Positions 53,342-62,583 of a stretch of 64,000 nt of DNA are shown here, one piece after another (the first letter of the stretch is position 1; each line of letters opens with the position of its first letter). Origin of the DNA: Candidatus Bathyarchaeota archaeon (GTDB taxonomy: Archaea; Thermoproteota; Bathyarchaeia; Bathyarchaeales; Bathycorpusculaceae); the NCBI GenBank assembly GCA_963768425.1, contig CAVYHV010000009.1, positions 160,001-224,000 on the forward strand, written 5' to 3'. The notes beneath the pieces were generated by a model, which saw only the letters and a program-made list of their open reading frames with translations, did not search any database and was not told the DNA's origin. The position numbers and the translations under genes were made by a program.

Positions 53342-54404
53342 GCGCTGCATTGCTGAATTCCGGAACTTTCGGCGTGGGAGTTGATGTAGATGAGGTGGAA
53401 CTTGTTGGGGTTGCGGTTGTAGGTGTGCCTGAGGAAACTTGCGTAACGGTTACTGTGCCGGGGTCGTTTCCGTTAGTTACAAAGACTTGGCCAGTGCCTG
53501 AATCGTAAGCTATACCAGCTGCATTAGTTCCAACATTAAGGGTCGATGTAACGGTGTTGCTGGTGTCGGAAATGACTGTGCCGAGGCTGCCGATTATTTC
53601 GCCGTCGCTTGAATCATAGACTAAGGTACCTGCAGTTCCACCTAAAGGTCCCACGTTGTTGATCACCTTAGAGATCGCGTTGTTGCTGTCTGAGATGACG
53701 GTGATGTCGGTGCTGTTTGTCGCGTATATTCTGCCTTTGGCGGAATCGTAGACTAAGTTGCCTGGCGGCGAGTACGGATCTGTAGCCACCTTAATGGTTT
53801 TTATGACAGTGTTTGATTTGTCGGATATAACGGAAACGTCGACGCCGACTGTTACGGAAGCGAAGATTTCGCTTTTAGCTGAATCATACGCGAGCGAACC
53901 TGGGTAAGAGTTGATAGTGATGTTTGCGACAATGGTGTTGGTTGTGTCTGAAATAACTGAGACCGTGTCTGTGTAGGCATCGCAAACGAATATCTCGCCT
54001 TTGCCTGCGTCATAGGCTATTCCTGTGGCACCTCCCGAGAGATGTATGGTGGCAACAATTGTGTTCGAACTGTCCGATATTACGTCCACTCCGCCGCCGC
54101 TGCCTTGTTGAAGTTCGGAAACGAACATTTCGCCTTTGCCTGAATCATAAGCTAAAGCAAAAGGAGTGTATGACAATCCGCTTATAGTTTGAACGACGGT
54201 GTCAGAGCTATCTGAAATAACCGAAAGGGCACCTCCGTCAGGATCCGCAACGAATATCTCATGCATATTTGAATCGTATGCTACTGCGCCGGGGTAGACT
54301 CCTACCCCCGTAATCGATGTTTGGGCGTGAACTGAATTGGCTGCTGACAAGACAAAGATCACAATAGACAATAAACCCATAATCTTCCAAACTTTTGCTT
54401 TCAT
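53256..54404 (-). CDS. YncE/YVTN-like beta-propeller surface protein with PEF-CTERM-like signal
   Basis: AYDSGKGEIFV..VSVISD repeats; PKVPEFS-TM-basic tail. Confidence 0.9.
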   Translation of the reverse strand: MKAKVWKIMGLLSIVIFVLSAANSVHAQTSITGVGVYPGAVAYDSNMHEIFVADPDGGALSVISDSSDTVVQTISGLSYTPFALAYDSGKGEMFVSELQQGSGGGVDVISDSSNTIVATIHLSGGATGIAYDAGKGEIFVCDAYTDTVSVISDTTNTIVANITINSYPGSLAYDSAKSEIFASVTVGVDVSVISDKSNTVIKTIKVATDPYSPPGNLVYDSAKGRIYATNSTDITVISDSNNAISKVINNVGPLGGTAGTLVYDSSDGEIIGSLGTVISDTSNTVTSTLNVGTNAAGIAYDSGTGQVFVTNGNDPGTVTVTQVSSGTPTTATPTSSTSSTSTPTPKVPEFSNAALISVVVAMSALTASAVAYKDRTRKTIRK

Positions 54405-54645
54405 ATGTATTCCTTTCCTTTCGTTTTATGGCTTGCACTTGATAAGTGAAAGCTAGCGCTAAGCCTTTGTTACCCCATAATCTATAAAAGACTTTACCAA
54501 AAATTTCTAAAACTTTTTCGGGACAAACATTCAGTTAATGAACAATTGTTTATAGGAATTGCGCGCTGCCGTATTGGATGTAGATTCTGAAAGCTCTTGA
54601 AACAAAGGTCCAAAAATAACGAGAAGATGGATAAAATAAAAAGGT

Positions 54646-54945
54646 TTAGCTTGGTGTTTCTTCAAAAGCGTCTTCAGGCGCGGGTTCTTTTTCTGCTTCT
54701 TTGGTTTCTTCTTTTTGAATTTCTGTTTCTTTTTCGGTTGCTGATGTTTCTTCATGTGAGCTGAAGGTGAACACTACAAATGAAATGACGGCTCCCAGCA
54801 AGTACGGCAAAATTGAAGTGAAGATGTTATATACAAACAAGCTCGCAGGAGCGGCTGACGTATACATTACCCTATTTAATTCGTAATTTGTTAAGGCAGC
54901 CAATCCTGCAAACACTATGAACGCTATACCGACCCGAAGAGACAA
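54646..54945 (-). CDS. Small 2-TM protein with acidic tail
   Basis: Two hydrophobic helices, Glu-rich C-terminus; start uncertain. Confidence 0.65.
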   Translation of the reverse strand: MSLRVGIAFIVFAGLAALTNYELNRVMYTSAAPASLFVYNIFTSILPYLLGAVISFVVFTFSSHEETSATEKETEIQKEETKEAEKEPAPEDAFEETPS

Positions 54946-55179
54946 CTTCTTAATGACTTCCCAGTTTTGTATTTGTTCTCACCTTGTCTCCTGCTAACAT
55001 CCGCATTCCTTTTAAATCGTTGCTTTATGAAACTCTGCTAAGCTGCAAGGCTCAGAACATGGGTTTTTCACATCACATACGGGTAAACCAGCACGTTGGG
55101 CTTATCCCGAAAAAAAAGATTATTTTTAAAGTGAGGGTCCATCTTTTGAGTAACTCCGTGCTTACCAGGTTCGCGCTGA

Positions 55180-55532
55180 TTAAGGGTTCTCTTCTTTCTT
55201 GCTTTCTTTCAGTTTCTCAATCTCCATGTTTATGTGCCCAGAACAGCCTCAAGTTTCTCTTTTCTGCGTTGCAGCATTTCAAGAACTTGCTCATTGCTTG
55301 GTTTAAGCATGGGTTCGCCACACGCTGGACACTGCATTCCGGGTCCAGAGCTCCAAGGCATCCCCCCGTGCATTTGTCCTCCCATCATGGCGTGACCTCT
55401 CCAGGAACCCATTCCACCCCAAGGACCCATCCAACCCATCCTAGGTTTCCACTCCTTTGCAGCCGCCATCAAAGCTTCGTTTACCTCCACTTCAACTGTT
55501 ATTTTCGCTTTTCCACTTTTGTCTTCACTCAT
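55180..55532 (-). CDS. Small Gly/Met-rich protein with CxxC and coiled-coil end, frameshift near the 3' end
   Basis: GGAGGTG RBS; MGWMGPWGGMG, CPACG; other frame HINMEIEKLKESKKEENP*. Confidence 0.7.
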
Positions 55533-55749
55533 CAAAATCACCTCCACTTACGGGCGCTTTTTTGGCTATCACCTATTTTTTCAATCAAACCAAGCTTATA
55601 ATCAAATGTGATTGTAACTTGCCAGCAACATCATCAAAGGAAGATACCATTCTATCGCGCTGGTTTATCCCTAAATTGAAACACTTATAACTAGAAATGG
55701 AGTCTCGTATCTTGAGAACCAATCAACACAAGGAAGGTGAATCCCTGCG

Positions 55750-55932
55750 ATACAGGATGAACACGAGACCCTTGAAACCTTCTTCAAAAACGTTGACTTA
55801 AGCTTTGCTCACAAAATCCTAACCAGATGCTTCCACCTTTCTGGTCCCGGAAGGCCACCCAGAAGCCCACTTTGCCTCTTTCAAATGTTCTTAGTCATGC
55901 GTATGAAAGCAGTGCGTAACGGAGAGAAATAG
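55750..55932 (+). pseudogene. N-terminal fragment of a DDE transposase (DUF772-like, IS5/IS1182-type)
   Basis: QDEHETLETFFKNVDLSF...GPGRPPRSPLCLFQMFLVMRMKAVR. Confidence 0.75.
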
Positions 55933-56041
55933 TTTTGTATCCAAACTCAAGGTGCCTATGTAAACTCTTTCATTCATATCGTCACTATTTACCGATAGGC
56001 AAAACTGACATAGAAGCTATTCGGATGGCAATTCTGCTAAT

Positions 56042-56581
56042 TTAGGCCATAGGCACTTCTAATGTAACAGCTCCATCTATAATTTCCCTTTTTACTTTTC
56101 GGCTGCAGCAAGCTTCCAAAAGAGTTGAGACAACATCACTGACATAAAAACTCCAATTTCCACCCAAATTATGGCGTAAATGAAGAACCTCAATATTCTT
56201 AACTATATAATGCTCACATTTGAACCAATTTGCATACTCACTCAATATCGTCGTAATAAAAAAAATGGCGTCTTCGTTGTTAAACCTGAGTCCCATTGAC
56301 CGAAAAAGGTCCAAAGCAATGTTTGAGCCAGCATTTTCGGCAATGTCATTCAATTTATCTTTTGGACACGCCTCTGCAAAGCGTGATACGGTCCTCTGCG
56401 TCAAGACTATTACATCGAGCCGTTTCAAGAATCTTTGGAATAAACAATAATCTCTAAGAATCCCATTAATGAGGGCGTTTGGAGTTGTGTGTTGCCGTTC
56501 AGCCTCCTGGTTCAAAGTGTTGAGCCATCGTTCATTAATTCTGAAAGAACGCCCCACTGTTCGATTCTTACGTTCAACCAT
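56042..56581 (-). CDS. Ribbon-helix-helix regulator with C-terminal V4R-like domain
   Basis: RSFRINE..L..L..EA...TPNALIN.IL; LRHNLGGNWS. Confidence 0.75.
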   Translation of the reverse strand: MVERKNRTVGRSFRINERWLNTLNQEAERQHTTPNALINGILRDYCLFQRFLKRLDVIVLTQRTVSRFAEACPKDKLNDIAENAGSNIALDLFRSMGLRFNNEDAIFFITTILSEYANWFKCEHYIVKNIEVLHLRHNLGGNWSFYVSDVVSTLLEACCSRKVKREIIDGAVTLEVPMA

Positions 56582-56703
56582 TTCTAAAAAGCACTCCTAA
56601 AAATCCTAGGATGTATCGCGCTATAATACTTTGCGATTTATTGCATTTCAATGTTTACATAGCTTCCTTATAGGTGAAAATCGTGTTGAGGAGAGGGATT
56701 TAT

Positions 56704-57115
56704 TTGAAATTCAACGAAACAGAAAGAAGATACATAGTTCTCTTGGTAGATGGTGACCACGCTTAGCTAGGTGCAAGAAAATGTTTAGAGGCTCAAGGTG
56801 GTCTGGATGTTGAAACTGTCTTCTCAAGTCGTGAAGCATTCAAAAAGATGGAAAAGATAAAACCTGACGTTATAGTCTGCAGTTTTCGATTGCAAGGGGA
56901 AAATCCTTGCGATTTCCTAAAGGAGCTCCGCGACAAGGGTATTGCAATCCCCTTTTATTGGTTTGACGGATGACGAAAATCACTTAGGACTTAAAGCTTA
57001 TCATTTGGGTGCGAGCGGTTTAGTTAATAAATTTGTGGATCCCTCGATTCTTTATCCACAGCTGAAGAAACTCGTGCTGTCTCTCGTAGAGCCTTTTGAT
57101 GGCGAGGAATCCTAA
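56704..57115 (+). pseudogene. Receiver-domain (CheY-like) pseudogene or pseudo-receiver
   Basis: VLLVDGD, in-frame TAG, KPDVIVCS (phospho-Asp absent), FLKELR, IPFI, GASGLVNK; one frameshift. Confidence 0.75.
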
Positions 57116-57225
57116 ATGACCAAACAATTCACCTGTTGGTGCGACCTTACAGTCACACACGCTTAACCCACCAGTGATCAGTTATAAAGTAGTTCTTGTT
57201 GTCGTGAAAGGAGGGATAGATAAGA

Positions 57226-57515
57226 ATGAAAAGTAAAGATTTTATGGATAAAGATGTGTTTGCATTAAATAAAAAATCGGCAAGATCAAAGAAATAGAGT
57301 TAGATCCATAAGAATGGAAAGTTACTCATCTTGAAGTCGAATTGGATAAAAACGTTTCCGAATCAGTGCTTGGCGCAAAGAAAGGCGGAGTACGAAACAT
57401 GCTAAACGTTTCAGCTTTAGAGAAAGGAACCGGCATGTGGACAGACGATGGGTTGCACTTAAAAGTTGCAAAAGACCAATTGCACATGTACTTAAAACCA
57501 GTAGTTAAAACTTAA
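57226..57515 (+). pseudogene. PRC-barrel domain gene, disrupted
   Basis: MKSKDFMDKDV..IGKIKEIELDP*EWKVTHLEVEL; frameshift plus in-frame TAA. Confidence 0.75.
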
Positions 57516-57558
57516 GCCTGCGCAATTTTTTAGCGTATTTTGGTAGGTGTAACAAATT

Positions 57559-57752
57559 ATGTCAGAACATCATGTAGATGTCAAGGAACAGATAGAGAAA
57601 ATGGGCGAGAAATGGAGCGAATTCCAGAAATCGTTGGGTTTATCACTTCGAAGACTTGGATGTTGAAGTATTAGACTGGAACTTCGTGTTGGAAAAACCG
57701 ACAACGACACATCTTGATATAAAAGCCAAAGTGGCTAAGACAAAAGAGGTAA
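57559..57752 (+). pseudogene. Small hypothetical gene, disrupted
   Basis: MSEHHVDVKEQIEKMGEKWSEFQKSL, then EDLDVEVLDWNF in another frame; AGGTG RBS. Confidence 0.45.
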
Positions 57753-58016
57753 TAATCCTTAACACCTTGGGCTCAATGAAACACCATTTTTTTTTCTAAG
57801 AACACTAATATCCTAATGCATTATTTTCAAATAAGCGGCTTAGTCTTTCTTGTCCTTTTAAACATTTTTTGTGGAAGATAGTCAAAGCAAGATAGATTCT
57901 GAGAAATACTCAAACTTATCACAAATTTAGCAGAGCTAAACAAAGATGATTTCTTTTCTTTGCAAAAAAAGTTTGAAAGCAGAATATAGCGCTTGCTTAG
58001 GTGTCTTTGGTTGATG

Positions 58017-58175
58017 TTATATTCTGCGTCCTGTAACTAGTCGGTAAACTATTATGATGAGGGCGATGACAAGCAGTAGCCATATAATGTCGCCAAGGTT
58101 GAAGATGAAAAAGCCAAGCAACCATAGCAAGATTAGAATCGCAGCAACTACGATAAGAAAGTCAAGTGTTCGCAT
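58017..58175 (-). CDS. lmo0937-family (DUF5670) small membrane protein
   Basis: Manual translation MRTLDFLIVVAAILILLWLLGFFIFNLGDIIWLLLVIALIIIVYRLVTGRRI (52 aa; below the ORF-track cutoff). Confidence 0.85.
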   Translation of the reverse strand: MRTLDFLIVVAAILILLWLLGFFIFNLGDIIWLLLVIALIIIVYRLVTGRRI

Positions 58176-58385
58176 TTTCAAAAACTCCACTTACCCTTGA
58201 CTCGCCAGTCTATTTTAAGCTGTGTGACTGCAAATGGACAGTAACAGCTTTATTATCTTGTCCATTTAGTCTCTTGATGTATATGTATTGGGTTTTTGAA
58301 TTTCTTTTAGGTTCAGTTTTCTTTAAAACGGCAGTACCAATTTATTTATTAGCCGCTGTGAGAGTAGATTTTTTGAGGATTTTTA

Positions 58386-58557
58386 ATGAGTGACGAAGAA
58401 GCAAAAGGTAAGATTGAGAAAACAAAAGGCAAGATTCGTGAAGACTTAGGCAAAAATTACAGGCGACAAAAACAAGCAGGTTAAGGGCAAAGTAGAACAA
58501 GTCAAAGGCAAAGTCCAAGAAGAAGTAGGAAAAGCAAAAAGAAAAGCCAAAGAGTAA
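58386..58557 (+). CDS. csbD: CsbD-family stress protein, one homopolymer frameshift
   Basis: MSDEEAKGKIEKTKGKIREDLGK/ITGDKNKQVKGKVEQVKGKVQEEVGKAK. Confidence 0.85.
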
Positions 58558-59446
58558 ACATTAACAACTCAACGTTTTAGACAGAATAAGCAAAGATGCG
58601 ATTAGCCAAAGAGCTACTGGAAACGTTTTCGACTACTTTTGTTGTTAAATTAACAAGCACTCTGTCTATTTTATTCAAGGCTCTGAATCACACGCCAAAG
58701 GATGGCCTTTGCCTTCAGTTTGTCAATAGCGTTCTATTAAGTACGTTGGAAGGGCCATCTTGCATTGTCTTGTGCATAATTGTTCATCCGATGAAAGCTG
58801 TATGTTCATGGTAGAGGCTAAAAGCTTTATGATAAGTTAGGATTTACGCGTGCGCTCAACTTAGCTGCTATACACTGATCTGTGGAAAAATAGGAAGCGC
58901 AAAATTGTCGTATAAGTGCTTTCCTTATGCACGTCTAACACGCAAACTAAGGCGCTCATAACATGGCGTGCCGCCTCTTGGTTAAAACACTTCGCATACC
59001 ATCGCGCTAAACACCTGTGTCTTCCTGTAAAATAACAATTACTAGTTCCCTCATCTATCTTCTGAAATTAATTTTAGCATGTTTTACTAAAACTCTTTAT
59101 TCTTAAACATCTAGTTCTACGCCGCACCTCTTTTTTTCTTAATTTTTTTCTTAGCTTGCCTCGCATCCACTGCGGCAAGCATACGGAAAAAATCCTATCA
59201 TGCAAAGTGTGCGCTCCTCCCTCCTTGTGCGCGTCTCCCTCCTCCATGTGTGTGATTATGATTGTGACTGGTTGTGGTTGGTTGTAGTTAGTTTAGAGAG
59301 AGAGAGGATTAAATTTTAGGGCCCAACCAATTAACTCAAAAATAAATGTCAACTCAATTTAGGGACAAAGCGGCGCGCGTGTCACCAACTTGCTTTAATT
59401 AAATCAGGGACATGCCACCAGCGATCTAAGAAAAACACTGAAAAAC

Positions 59447-59674
59447 TCATGCATCCTGCCTGCAGATGGAATGAAAGCGGGCTATTTCTAAGTGTAGTGT
59501 TTCATTTTGCTTGCTTTGATTAGAATCTGCTTTGTCAAGTACGTTGTTGATCCCTCTGAGTGGTTGCCTGTTTTTTTTGGGTTCAACTATGTGATTGTTT
59601 ACGGCACGGTTCATGGCTTTCAAATCAGGAACCACCAAAATCTTAACACCGCACATGCATCTGACAATGGGCAT
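59447..59674 (-). CDS. Small putative zinc-binding protein, probably frameshifted after ~aa 33
   Basis: CMCG.KILVVPDLKAM..A..NH. Confidence 0.55.
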   Translation of the reverse strand: MPIVRCMCGVKILVVPDLKAMNRAVNNHIVEPKKNRQPLRGINNVLDKADSNQSKQNETLHLEIARFHSICRQDA

Positions 59675-59971
59675 TTGTCTTTTTTGTAGGTCGACTTTCC
59701 TTGGATGAACTTGGCGAACACATGTTCATTTTCTGACTAATTTTTCTTGCCATGGTAACTCATACATGACTCAATTAAAGCCAACTCAAATAGTATGTCT
59801 TGCATCAAATATAAGAAGAAGTGATAGGCAGAGATAACAATCACAAATCAAAGATGCGCAAAAGCTCGCCTGAAAAGCTCAAAAAAATAGCACAAGTCAA
59901 GTTTGAAAAGCCGTTAAGCATTTCCTTTTAAGAAAAAAAAGAAAACGAAGGGTTGTTGTTATTTTGTTTTT

Positions 59972-60634
59972 TTAAGTTAGCTTTGTGCCGCATTCGCCGC
60001 AGAAACTGGTGCCCGCTTGGTTTTTAGCTCCGCATTTGGGACATACTTTCAATCCTAAGGGTGCTCCGCAGTTATTGCAGAATTTGCCTGAACCGGCTGG
60101 TTTTCCACATACGGGACAAATTGTTTGTCTCTGCGTTACTTCTCCTGTGTAGACTTGGGTGGTTTCAGCTTTTTGTTTGATGTCAGCGACCATTTTTCCA
60201 GCTCTGGCAGCAGCTACTTCGGTGCTTTCCCGTGGGGCGTCTTCAGTACATAGTCCTTCTTGTTCGTTCCAGTCGTTTTCGCAAACGTACTTGTGGCATC
60301 TTGGGCACCTGTTGAAGTGTCCTTTGGCTTCATTTTGTGCAAGGTCAAATGCCTGTTCATGTTCTTTGTGCCATTCCGGCGTCATGCCTTGAAATTGGCC
60401 GCTCATCACGTCGGCGCCTTGTCCAATGCTGTATCCACTACTATGGCCGGTTAATTGTCCACCGATTTGGGCTGCTCTGCCGAGTCCTTTCCATAAACCT
60501 GCTTTTTTGTAGGTCTTTGATTGGATAAAAGTTGTTTTGTAGCCGTCGCTGCAGATGTCGCATAGAAAAGTAAATTGAAACCCAGCGTCCGTACTGTTGT
60601 CTTGATAATTTCGGGTAAAAGGTTGAAGTGGCAT
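59972..60634 (-). CDS. Multi-zinc-ribbon (DZR) protein
   Basis: CDIC, CPRC, CPVC, CNNC, CPKC, CGEC. Confidence 0.88.
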   Translation of the reverse strand: MPLQPFTRNYQDNSTDAGFQFTFLCDICSDGYKTTFIQSKTYKKAGLWKGLGRAAQIGGQLTGHSSGYSIGQGADVMSGQFQGMTPEWHKEHEQAFDLAQNEAKGHFNRCPRCHKYVCENDWNEQEGLCTEDAPRESTEVAAARAGKMVADIKQKAETTQVYTGEVTQRQTICPVCGKPAGSGKFCNNCGAPLGLKVCPKCGAKNQAGTSFCGECGTKLT

Positions 60635-60640
60635 TTATTT

Positions 60641-60976
60641 TCATCTCCCTGTTATGTTTAGTGGTTTACCGCATTTTATGCATTTCTCTCCAAGCGGCGG
60701 CTGCTCGGTTCTGCATTTTGGGCAAATCACTGTGAGTCTTTTGTCGCAGTTTTGGCAGTAGTCACCGAAGAACGTGGGTTTTCCGCAGTATGGGCAGTTT
60801 ATTTGAAGTACTAAGCCACAGCTGCTGCATCTGACTTGTCCAGTTTCAATCGGGTTTCGACATTTTGGGCATCTTTGAGGCCCCACTGGGTTAACTTTTC
60901 CACAGAAGGGACAGACGTTATCATCTGCCGAGACCAGTTTTCCGCAGAATTTACAAGGGTGTTTGTAACCTGGCAT
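60641..60976 (-). CDS. Four-zinc-ribbon protein
   Basis: Eight CxxC motifs in 111 aa. Confidence 0.88.
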   Translation of the reverse strand: MPGYKHPCKFCGKLVSADDNVCPFCGKVNPVGPQRCPKCRNPIETGQVRCSSCGLVLQINCPYCGKPTFFGDYCQNCDKRLTVICPKCRTEQPPLGEKCIKCGKPLNITGR

Positions 60977-62383
60977 TTATTGGTCTTCTCCTTTAATCCA
61001 TTTTTCACTGTCATCAATACTTTTAGTATTGAAGGCTAATAAGTTAGTCACATCCGCCCTCCATTGCTCTTGCGAAGAATGAATTACTCTGCCGACAAAT
61101 CGGTCTCTCAGGGTTTTGAGGGATGGAATTTTTGCTATGGCGAATCTATATTGAGTGTACTGGGTGCTTTCAAGCTGGTTTTCCGTGAGGTAGATGGGTT
61201 CTCTTCTGAAGTTAATTTCAATCATGGACCGGTTGATGTCTTTGATGAAACCCTCCAGATCTTCAGCTAAATCCTCGTCTTTTGCCAATGAATATTCCTT
61301 TCTTCCGGTTACTCTGAAGAAATAGGTTGCCCCCGTTGTCGCAGGTTTTTGTTCATCGGCGGGCTTTTGGTTTGTGCCTCCCCCTCCGTCTGTGTCTGTG
61401 TCAGTTGAAGCGTCGCCTTTGTTTCCTTCTGCATTTTCTTCAGTGTTGAATGCTTCTAGGGCGATTGTGTTGCTCAGTCTATTTGTATCGGGGTTCATGA
61501 GGGGAAATAGCATCCATATGTAAGTGCCTGTGAGGCCGCCCATGAGTCCGCGTTTTATTCCCACGCAGACTTGATCTTTTGCGGCGAGTGAATTCAAAAA
61601 TTCGTATTCTGCAGTTATGCCTGCTTCGTCTATCTTCTTGGTAAGGCGACGCCAGAAGTCCAATGATTGTTGTTCGATTTCTTTTCTTTTTGCTGCTCGT
61701 CCATCTTTCATTAAGGAAGCTAATTTGTTTATCACGATTGGGGTTGCTTCGGGGATTAGTTCTTTTATGTTTTGTTGCGTTCTAAGAATCATTTTATTTA
61801 TTGAATCAGAGAGGGCTTTTGCGAAGGGATCAAAGTTTTGTCCTAGGCTGGTGAACTCGATTTTTTCCAGGGATTCGTTTGTTACTGTCAGTTTGTAGTC
61901 TTGTTTGTTTACGTTGATTATGTAGCAGTATGGAAGGCGGATGGGTTCGCTTTTTTGCGGTAAGATTACTAGGGCGATGTCGTAAAGTCGGGCTTCGCAG
62001 TTTCCTGATTGGGTTGTTTGACCCTTTAAATCAAGTTGTGTGAACTGTGCTTCGAAGCCAGCTTGAAGAAGCGACTCTTCCATGAGCAGGTATTTTAACA
62101 TAAGCTCGTTGCGGAGCTTGTATAGTTGGAACAGAAAATCTTCGTATTGGTAGCCTAAACCCCAAAGGTTCAGTTTTTCCTTAGAAGTCAAGAAAAGATC
62201 AATTTTATAATCGTAATCGGAAATTCCAACGATATCAGTATACATGAGTAGCATTGGTTCGCCGAACATCACCGTTAGGGTGAGGTATCGTTCATCGAAA
62301 GTGGCTCTTGCTTCCCCTTCACTCTTTATGTTAGATTGGTCATCGAAGAGTTTGTAATTAACGGCAACTTCCATCTGTGTCAC
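60977..62383 (-). CDS. Uncharacterised soluble protein with tandem PH-like repeats
   Basis: Internal repeat EP..L.Y..I..I...DYK.......EK.....LG.....F...L; no TM. Confidence 0.75.
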   Translation of the reverse strand: MTQMEVAVNYKLFDDQSNIKSEGEARATFDERYLTLTVMFGEPMLLMYTDIVGISDYDYKIDLFLTSKEKLNLWGLGYQYEDFLFQLYKLRNELMLKYLLMEESLLQAGFEAQFTQLDLKGQTTQSGNCEARLYDIALVILPQKSEPIRLPYCYIINVNKQDYKLTVTNESLEKIEFTSLGQNFDPFAKALSDSINKMILRTQQNIKELIPEATPIVINKLASLMKDGRAAKRKEIEQQSLDFWRRLTKKIDEAGITAEYEFLNSLAAKDQVCVGIKRGLMGGLTGTYIWMLFPLMNPDTNRLSNTIALEAFNTEENAEGNKGDASTDTDTDGGGGTNQKPADEQKPATTGATYFFRVTGRKEYSLAKDEDLAEDLEGFIKDINRSMIEINFRREPIYLTENQLESTQYTQYRFAIAKIPSLKTLRDRFVGRVIHSSQEQWRADVTNLLAFNTKSIDDSEKWIKGEDQ

Positions 62384-62583
62384 CTATGCAACTAATTATG
62401 CGTAAGCGAAATATCTATTTTTGCAGGATAGTTGATACTAAACGCGGTCGGGTAGACCCACGAAGATCGGACATTGGCAATATTGTCCTAGCACACGTTT
62501 TGCACAACAATTCAGATACAGGGTTCCTCGCGAGATAATCTTAATAGCCTGAACAAGATAAAATCCATCAGCAGCGTGCCTCT

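Larger units (their letters stand above)
55659..59374 (+). mobile_element. TIR-bounded non-autonomous or composite transposon with cargo
   Basis: 55656-55679 and 59354-59377 are inverted repeats (21/24); GC flanks both core ends; transposase stub inside the left end. Confidence 0.65.

Noticed and set aside
54984-55601. 205-aa + strand ORF
   Set aside because: Antisense to a gene with a clear RBS; not protein-like
56761-57311. Stop-codon recoding (in-frame TAG in the receiver gene, TAA in the PRC gene)
   Set aside because: Two different stops plus frameshifts; TAG and TAA terminate other genes normally, so decay is the simpler explanation
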